From the NCBI RefSeq assembly GCF_009914755.1, contig NC_060926.1: a stretch of 64,000 bases of DNA; one strand, given 5' to 3'. The first letter of the stretch is position 1; every line of letters starts with the position of its first letter. Both the position numbers and the translations under genes were made by a program. Positions 57,274 through 64,000 of the stretch are shown one piece after another. Origin of the DNA: the human T2T-CHM13v2.0 reference genome, Homo sapiens. Under the pieces are notes generated by a model. The model was given only the letters and a program-made list of their open reading frames with translations. It had not been told where the DNA came from and made no database searches.

Positions 57274-58959
57274 GGAAGCCAGGTTCTTAATGCTCTAGAT
57301 CATTGCAGATCTTGCTAAAGGCCTGGAAGAAATAGGAAGGCAGGAGAACTTTTAAAAAAAATTGTCAGTGAAGCTCTGCATTGTCATTCAGTAAGCTGGC
57401 TCAGGTAGTCTTCAGGTGGACAACATCTTGAGCCAAAGTTGGCTCCAGGTACAACTGCTGCTGTTGGTAAGTCCTTCCTCTAGCATTGATTACAGTCCAG
57501 CAGAAGCTGCTGTTCTCATCATGGGCTGGGTACAAAGGGAAGATATCCATCTGTTCTTGTCTCTGGATGAATATATTTAATCAAAATGAATACAGATCTC
57601 TCCTGTCATATTAGATTTTATTTTCCTGGTCACTGAAGATTTCCAGACAGATTGCTGGTATGTACTTTTTAGAACAATCACATTTGGATTTTAGAGGGAT
57701 ATTGACAGAAACACAAATGTTTATATGTCTCAATTTCACTAACATTTTTAGGGTTTTCCTATATATGAGCATGTAGAGGAAATAGAATAGAAAGGGGAAT
57801 AGTAAACTAAACTAGGTTTGTCTGCCTTTATCTATGACCTTTATCTATGACCTTACATTACAATACAGGAGATAACATATGTGGGTGAATAAATATGACA
57901 AAGAAAGTGGTAAGGGTTATAAAGCAGGCAACGCAAGACACTGTCATTGTTCAGAACAGCACAAGATTGCTTCCAACTAGGGCGATTCAAAAGGAAAGCT
58001 CAGCATGGAGAAGCCAGTGTTGTAGCTGGGTGTCAAGGATGGACCCATATGGCCACTTTGTGTGGGGACCTTAGAAGCAAAGGCAGATCTCTCGGAATTT
58101 CAAGACTCATGTTGGAAATGGCAAGTTCATCCTGTGGAGCTATACAGTCAGGTCTCAGCAGAAGAACTTGCAGAGGTTGAATTTACATTGCAGAAAATTT
58201 AGATACCTGGCTAAAGCGGGAGTCACTGAAGCTTGCGAGCCTGAAAGTGACTTGATCTTGCAGTTGTCAGGAAAATAATTCTCCAAGGGAGTGCAAGGTA
58301 GATAAAACTTGAGAGAGAAGGGAACAGGGGAGACCATCTGGGGGTTACCAGAAATGTTTGGGTAAGAGACAGCAAAACTCTGAACCAGTAGGGAGGGGTG
58401 AAGACGGAGAAGGGTAGGGAGTTGTTGGGTTTGGGGAATTAGAGACCCAGTGATGTTGGCATTGAAGATGATGGTGCCTTCCATCACTTTGTCATTTTGC
58501 AGGTGAGAGAAGGGTCCAGTCCGTTCACAGTCCTGCACAAGGGGAAGTAGCTTCCTGATGGAAATTTCCAATCATGCATGTTTGTTTCTCTAAACTCCAC
58601 TGTTCTGTCTTTTTCAGCTGTGTGACATTTTTGGGACTTACTAGCAATCACTTTATTTTCTCATTTTCCTAAATTTGTGGACAGGGCAACTGACATGATC
58701 TAATTGAACTGAAAACTTTGGAGATGTATGAAACGCTAGTTGCTAGAGTTCCTCATCTGGGAACATGTTCGGTATGTGTAACTTTCAACTTTGAAGTAGT
58801 AGAAGAGAGAAGTTCTGCAGACCAAAACTTCCTTGCAGCCTATAGTTTTCCATTTAAGAAGACTACATGGAGGTTTCCTGGTCCAACTATGCCAACTATG
58901 GGGGGGCAATGGTGACTCTGCCTCAGGATCTCAGTTACTGGGATTGACCTAACATTACT

Positions 58960-59160
58960 GCTTCCCAAGGTGTGTTATAAAGATGGGGAAGAAAGTTTTC
59001 TAAATCAAATACATTTGAGAAACGCTAGATTGAATAACATAAACAGATGACTTCACCATGGGACTTTTCAGTCTTCAGCACATGAGTGTGCACTATACAT
59101 CTTTAAGGGGGCACTGTGTGCTATTCTTCCCAAATGTAGTTGATCAAAATCCATATTTCA
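58960..59160. mobile_element. MER103C-like hAT-Charlie fragment
   Basis: tttgagaaacgctagattgaataacataaacag...ggacttttcag...ttcccaaatgtagttgatca. Confidence 0.6.
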
Positions 59161-59651
59161 TGCATTATCTCGGTCCTGCATTCTTAGTAAGCACCTACTC
59201 ACTACTCACAGTGACTTCACAATGCCTGGCAGGATGACCCCACAGATGTACTTGAATCTGGACCTATATACCCAGAACTGATAAATCAAACCACTTCCTG
59301 AGTTCAAGATTGAGGGGCTGAGACAGAGACCCCCTTTGTACAGCACTGTGTCTGTCCCTCAGTGCTTGACACTGAGTGCTGTCCAGTTTTGACTGAGCAC
59401 ACTCATTGCATATGGGGCCACAGGAAGGGGCATGAGGACTGGATTTGGTGTCTAGAGGCCTGAATTAGCAGCCTTGAGATGCCTTTTACCTGCGTCCTGA
59501 TCTTGGGCAAGTTGCCTAATCTTTTTGGGTCTCCTCTGGAAAAATAAGGATAAAACGTCATTTTATCCTGTAATAATTATCAACCACTTTCTCAATGCTA
59601 GGCATTGCTCTAGATGAGGGGATAGAATGGTTGCTCAGCCCAGGGCCTTAA

Positions 59652-59903
59652 ACCTTCCTTGGCAGAAAAAAACCCCTCTTCCTGGAGCAGTGGGTCCCTT
59701 GGGTTCAGATTAATTTCCATCTGTCCCCAAATAACTCACAACTGAGTGAGCAGGAGCCTCCTCGCTCCTGAGGTCTATGAGTTATTTGGCCCCACACTAG
59801 GAGCCTCTGGTCCCCTCCCCTCCCTTCCTTCACTATTGGAGAGAAGGAGTGCAGCATTTGAACCCCACGTAAGTATCACCCATCAGGCTCACTGCAGGGT
59901 TCA
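59652..59903 (+). repeat. Copy A of an old local direct duplication (partner 62818-63021)
   Basis: Collinear shared blocks cctggagcag, ggttcagattaa, ctcctgaggtct, gagaaggagtgcagca, tgaaccccacg, atcaggctcactgcagggttca. Confidence 0.92.
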
Positions 59904-61412
59904 TGGATTCCCTTGTCCTAGGTATGTTTACAATAGCTCATGAGTTCTTCACAATTTGCTCACAAGGAAATGGTAACCGCCAAAGTTGGAAAACCAACCA
60001 TTTGGGGCCAAAGGAAAGCCTGAGGTGAGGGCGCAGTTTGGCTGCAGCGCCATGGGAATTTCTAAAGGCAGAACTTGGCTGTTTTATCTCGTTCCATCTC
60101 CCCACGGAATTAAAAACTGATGAATCAAAGCTCTTCTCCAGAAATGTGCTACAGGAATGACAACATTTCCCCTGACAAGTCTTTTATATATTAAAGTGGC
60201 TCCACATTAAGGCTGAGGCTCAGTGGGAGGACTGAAATGTGGAATTGAAAATGTCTTTTTCACAGAGCTGGACAAGGCATGGAAAAGAGGCAGGATTCTG
60301 GGAAGTGGCCAGCGCTGGTGGGAGCATGGTTCCTGCAGAGACAGGGAGGACACCCTGGCACTCAGCCCTGCATGCGCAGTCCACCCCACAGCTCCTTCTC
60401 AGGAAGCAACACTCTAGGTTTACAAAATTAACACGGCTAGGTTCGATGTTTCCCTCGTTGAATCCACACAACAGCATTTCAACTCCTCTGCATTCCCCGA
60501 TGGGGAAACCAAGGCTCTGAGTAGCAATGTCAGTCGCCCGAGAATGTATGACTTCCTAATGGCACATTAGGAAGCTTGATCTGGAATGATACTTATTTAT
60601 ACTGACTGTGCCACCTGCATCAGGAAACAGATGGCACACTCAAAATAGATAAGTCAAGGAGATTTCTTTGTGCAGAGGCTACTGATAAGGTGTGGGTGAG
60701 TATCATGCTGGCTTGGTGGCAGCCAAGCTGTTAGCCCCTGGGAAGAAAAGGCAAGAAAGTGGGTCTCAAGTACAGGAGAGGGCTGTGCAAAGCAGCCTCT
60801 GCAGACCCAGGACACAGCCCTCTCCAGGCGGCCCTGTGGGACGGAGTCACTGGGACTGCTGCCCTGCCCTTGTCCTCTCCCCTCACTCCCTCTCACTCCT
60901 GCCAGATCTATCCCAAGCAGAAGCCGGGGGCATGGGAACCCTTGATGTGGTTCCTGCAGGTCAGCCTTGGGGCAGAGAGCAGGGAGGAGAAGGCATGAGG
61001 ATCCGATGAACTTGGACTGAGAAAGTAACACTGTGCCTGGCTACTCATGAGTCTGGGATAATAGAAATAGACAAATCCAGCTGGAACATTACTAATGTTC
61101 TTCCCAAGGACACACTGAAGCTGTGACATGTCAGAACAACTACTGCTTTCTCATTCACAGAAAGACCTTGTTCTCTCAAGTCACAGACTGTTGAAAACTC
61201 TGCCGTCTGCAGTTGCAGGAGTAACAAGCAGCATCCCACCTTTGGATGGAAGTCACTCTGATACAGAGAAGCTGCTTCAATTTCCACTCCAGCTGTAAAG
61301 TTTCAGATGAAGGAATTCTAGGCACAAAATTCCACATCCGTTTTAATGTCTTGATTTCCAAAGAAACAGGACCCTCCATCCACTCTGCCATCCAGTCCTG
61401 AGGCTGACCCAT

Positions 61413-61774
61413 TGTATTAGTCTGTTCTCATGCTGCTGATAAAGACACACCCGTGACTGGGTAATTTATAAAGAAAAAGAGGTTTGTTGGACTCACAGTT
61501 CCACATGGCCGGGGAGCCCTCACAATCACGGTGGAAGGTAAAAGGCACGTCTTACATGGCAGCAGACAAGAGAGAATGAGAACCAAGCAAAAAGGGAAAC
61601 CCCTTATAAAACCATCACATCTCATAAGGCTTATTCACCTACCATGAGAACAATATGGGGGAACCAACCCCATGATTCAATTATCTCCCACCGGGTCCCT
61701 CTCACAACATGTGGGAATTATGGGAGCTACAGTTCAAGAAGAGATTTGGATGAGGACACAGCCAAACCATATCA
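61413..61774 (-). mobile_element. THE1B-like MaLR solo LTR, complete
   Basis: tgtattagtctgttctcatgctgctgataaagac...cagccaaaccatatca; 5-bp TSD cccat at 61408-61412 and 61775-61779. Confidence 0.95.
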
Positions 61775-61874
61775 CCCATCAACATGCAACACTGCTTTGT
61801 TTCAGCTTATAAAATGATGGCTGAATTTAAATTTCACCCAAGCTCCACTCTTCCCCAAGTCCTATAATAATTCT

Positions 61875-62173
61875 GTCTCTCTCTCTCTCTCTTTTTTTTT
61901 TTTTTTTGGTGAGACAGGGTCTCACTCTGTTGCCCAGGCTGGAGTGCAGTGGGTGATCATGGCTCACTGCAGTCTCAAACTCCTGGGCTCAAGTGATTCT
62001 CCAGCTTCAGCCTCCTGAGTAGCTGGGACTACAGGTGTGTGCCACCATGCCTGGCTAATTTTCTTTCTTTTTTGTAGAGACAGGGATCTTTCTATGTTGT
62101 CCAGGCTGGTCTTGAACTCCCAGCTTCAAGCAATCATCCTGCCTCAGCCTCTCAAAGTGCTGGGATTGCAAGC
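61875..62173 (-). mobile_element. AluJ, slightly 5'-truncated
   Basis: gacagggtctcactct...atcatggctcactgcag; TSD ataataa(t/c)tct. Confidence 0.9.
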
Positions 62174-62817
62174 ATAATAACTCTATCTTTTCCCTTTCTG
62201 GTAAATGCCCCAAAACTGTGGTGTATGCTGTTCCTCACTGCTCCAAGCCAATAACCCTGACCTAATCAGACTTCATGTGTGCCCCTGGTGTTTGGGTCTT
62301 GGGCAAGGATCAATGGAGAAATCGGCTTACTCTTCCTTCCCCCTTAAACTACAGAGTAATGTGATGGTCACTTTCTATCAATGACTGTATTGGTGTTTAT
62401 GAGCCTCTCTCAAGCTTTCAGGAAACAGCATGGGTTTTAATCCTAGTAGGGAACCTGCTTGTCCATGCAGGAAATGTTTAGCAATTTTCTCTCTTCCTTT
62501 TGAGTTTTCTCTTTGTCCAGATCACTGTAATTTTTTTCCCCTTCTATTCTGCTGGGCATTCTGTGAGCCCTTTTGAATGGAGGTTGGACCTTTCTTGCCT
62601 CTCTGCCTCCAGGGGAGGACTTTGAGCTCTTACACAGCAAGTACTTTACGGGGAAAGACGGGACAGGCTGCACCACACACACCTGGGGTGTGGTGGGCTC
62701 CCCACACTGGCGAGTGTGTGGGCAGCTGAGAGATGAGTTGGGTTTTCTGGTTCCCTTGGAGGGAGTTCTCAGTTGCTTTTCTGATTCAGAAATGGAGCAG
62801 CAACCCCCTCCATACAC

Positions 62818-63021
62818 ACCTTCCTTGGCAAAGCTTCTCTGCCTGGAGCAGCAGGTCCCTTAGGTTCAGATTAAGGGCCTTCCTACTCCTGAGGTCTAAG
62901 AGTCACTGGCCCTAAGACAGGGCCCTCTGGTGCCCTCCCCTCTCTTCCCTCACTGTCGGGGAGAAGGAGTGCAGCACCTGAACCCCACGGGTACTGCCTA
63001 TCAGGCTCACTGCAGGGTTCA
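62818..63021 (+). repeat. Copy B of an old local direct duplication (partner 59652-59903)
   Basis: Same ordered blocks as copy A; lacks a ~40-bp segment present in A. Confidence 0.92.
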
Positions 63022-63619
63022 CATTGGTGTGCTGAGGTTTGTGCATCCCCCACCTCCACTCCCACCCTCCACCCCTCTCTGGGGAGGATGCTGTCTGCAT
63101 TCGTCACCATCCTGACTCAGGACCAGACTTCAGGTTTCTTCAGAAATTGGTGGGATCTTAACTCTTAAGCTCTCAAATTGGGTGCTTCTTTCCAGTGGCC
63201 ACTGTCACAGGACCCCTGAGACCCTCACGTTCAGACCTGAGCCAGGCTGAAAGGAGAAGCACCACATCAGGCATCCAAGTGCTGATTCTGCCATGGGGTC
63301 AGCCCGTGCTGCCAGCACAGCCAGGCGACAGGTTGGAGGTGCTCGGCTTTGGGCTTGGGTGTAGTAGGGGGAACATTTCTCCCTCTCTGCCCCTTGCTGG
63401 TTCTGCCAGTGGGGATTGCTGGGCGGCCCAAACCCCACGAATGAGGAGCGGAGCCAGTGCTGCTTTGCATGGCCTGCGAATGTGGGTTAGGAAGCCCACG
63501 CATCAGCCCCTCACTGCTACTGTTTGGATGGAAACTTCCCAATGTGTCTAATAAAGTTCTGTCAAAACCCCCGGGCCGCGGGCTCTTAGGAGGTAGTTGA
63601 GTAGCATTTGACTTCTTAA

Positions 63620-64000
63620 ATTTATTCATTTATTTACTTCTAACTGTGGTAAACGCACATGACATAAAATTGGCCATTTTAACCATTTTTAGGTGTACAA
63701 TTTAGTGGCATTAAGCACATTCACACAGTTGTGCAGCCATCACCACCATCCAGCTCCCGCACTCTTCAACCTCTCAAACAGAAACTCTACCCATTCAACA
63801 ACTCCCCACTTCTCTCTCCTGCCAGACCAACAACCCCCTTTCTACTGTCTATCTCTGTGAACTTGACCACTCCAGTACCTCATGTGGGTACAATCATGCA
63901 GTGTTTGTCCTTCCGTGACTGGCTTATTTCACTGGATAGAATGACCTCAGGGTCTATCCACATCACAGCATGTGTAGACTCTCCTTCCTCTTTAAGGCTG
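63620..64000 (-). mobile_element. L1MB-type 3'UTR (runs off the window)
   Basis: tgtggtaaa..cataaaatt..ccattttaaccattttta..gtggcattaagcacattcaca..gtgactggcttatttcact. Confidence 0.88.

Noticed and set aside
57404-57553. Short minus-strand reading MDIFPLYPAHDENSSFCWTV...
   Set aside because: About 50 codons, no recognisable homology, and no poly-A or TSD to support a processed pseudogene.
59547-59569. 9-bp inverted repeat aggataaaa/ttttatcct
   Set aside because: Short and AT-rich at a MIR edge, so within chance expectation; it is not a prokaryotic terminator in this context.

Overview
This is primate (human-like) nuclear DNA, apparently intergenic or intronic. I found no credible protein-coding gene, tRNA, rRNA or CRISPR array. 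The ORF track is explained by Alu, L1 and LTR translations plus chance ORFs. The window is dominated by transposable elements: about 25 Alus (many with readable target-site duplications, TSDs), several L1 remnants, ERV1/ERVL/MaLR LTRs (THE1B, MST, MLT1/2, MER52, MER34-like, LTR10-like with an adjacent HERV-I-type env remnant), and DNA transposons (MER47A, MER58, MER45, MER103, MER96-like, Charlie). The most unusual signals are a set of apparent templated insertions, including one decayed-MIR segment copied to two other sites (1.2 kb and 26 kb away), and an old ~200-250 bp non-TE duplication whose two copies differ by a splice donor. Others are a twin-primed young L1, an Alu nested in inverted orientation in another Alu's tail, and several exon-like segments that could belong to non-coding transcripts. 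I see no evidence of a novel biological system. Subfamily names come from recalled consensus sequences and need RepeatMasker/Dfam confirmation.
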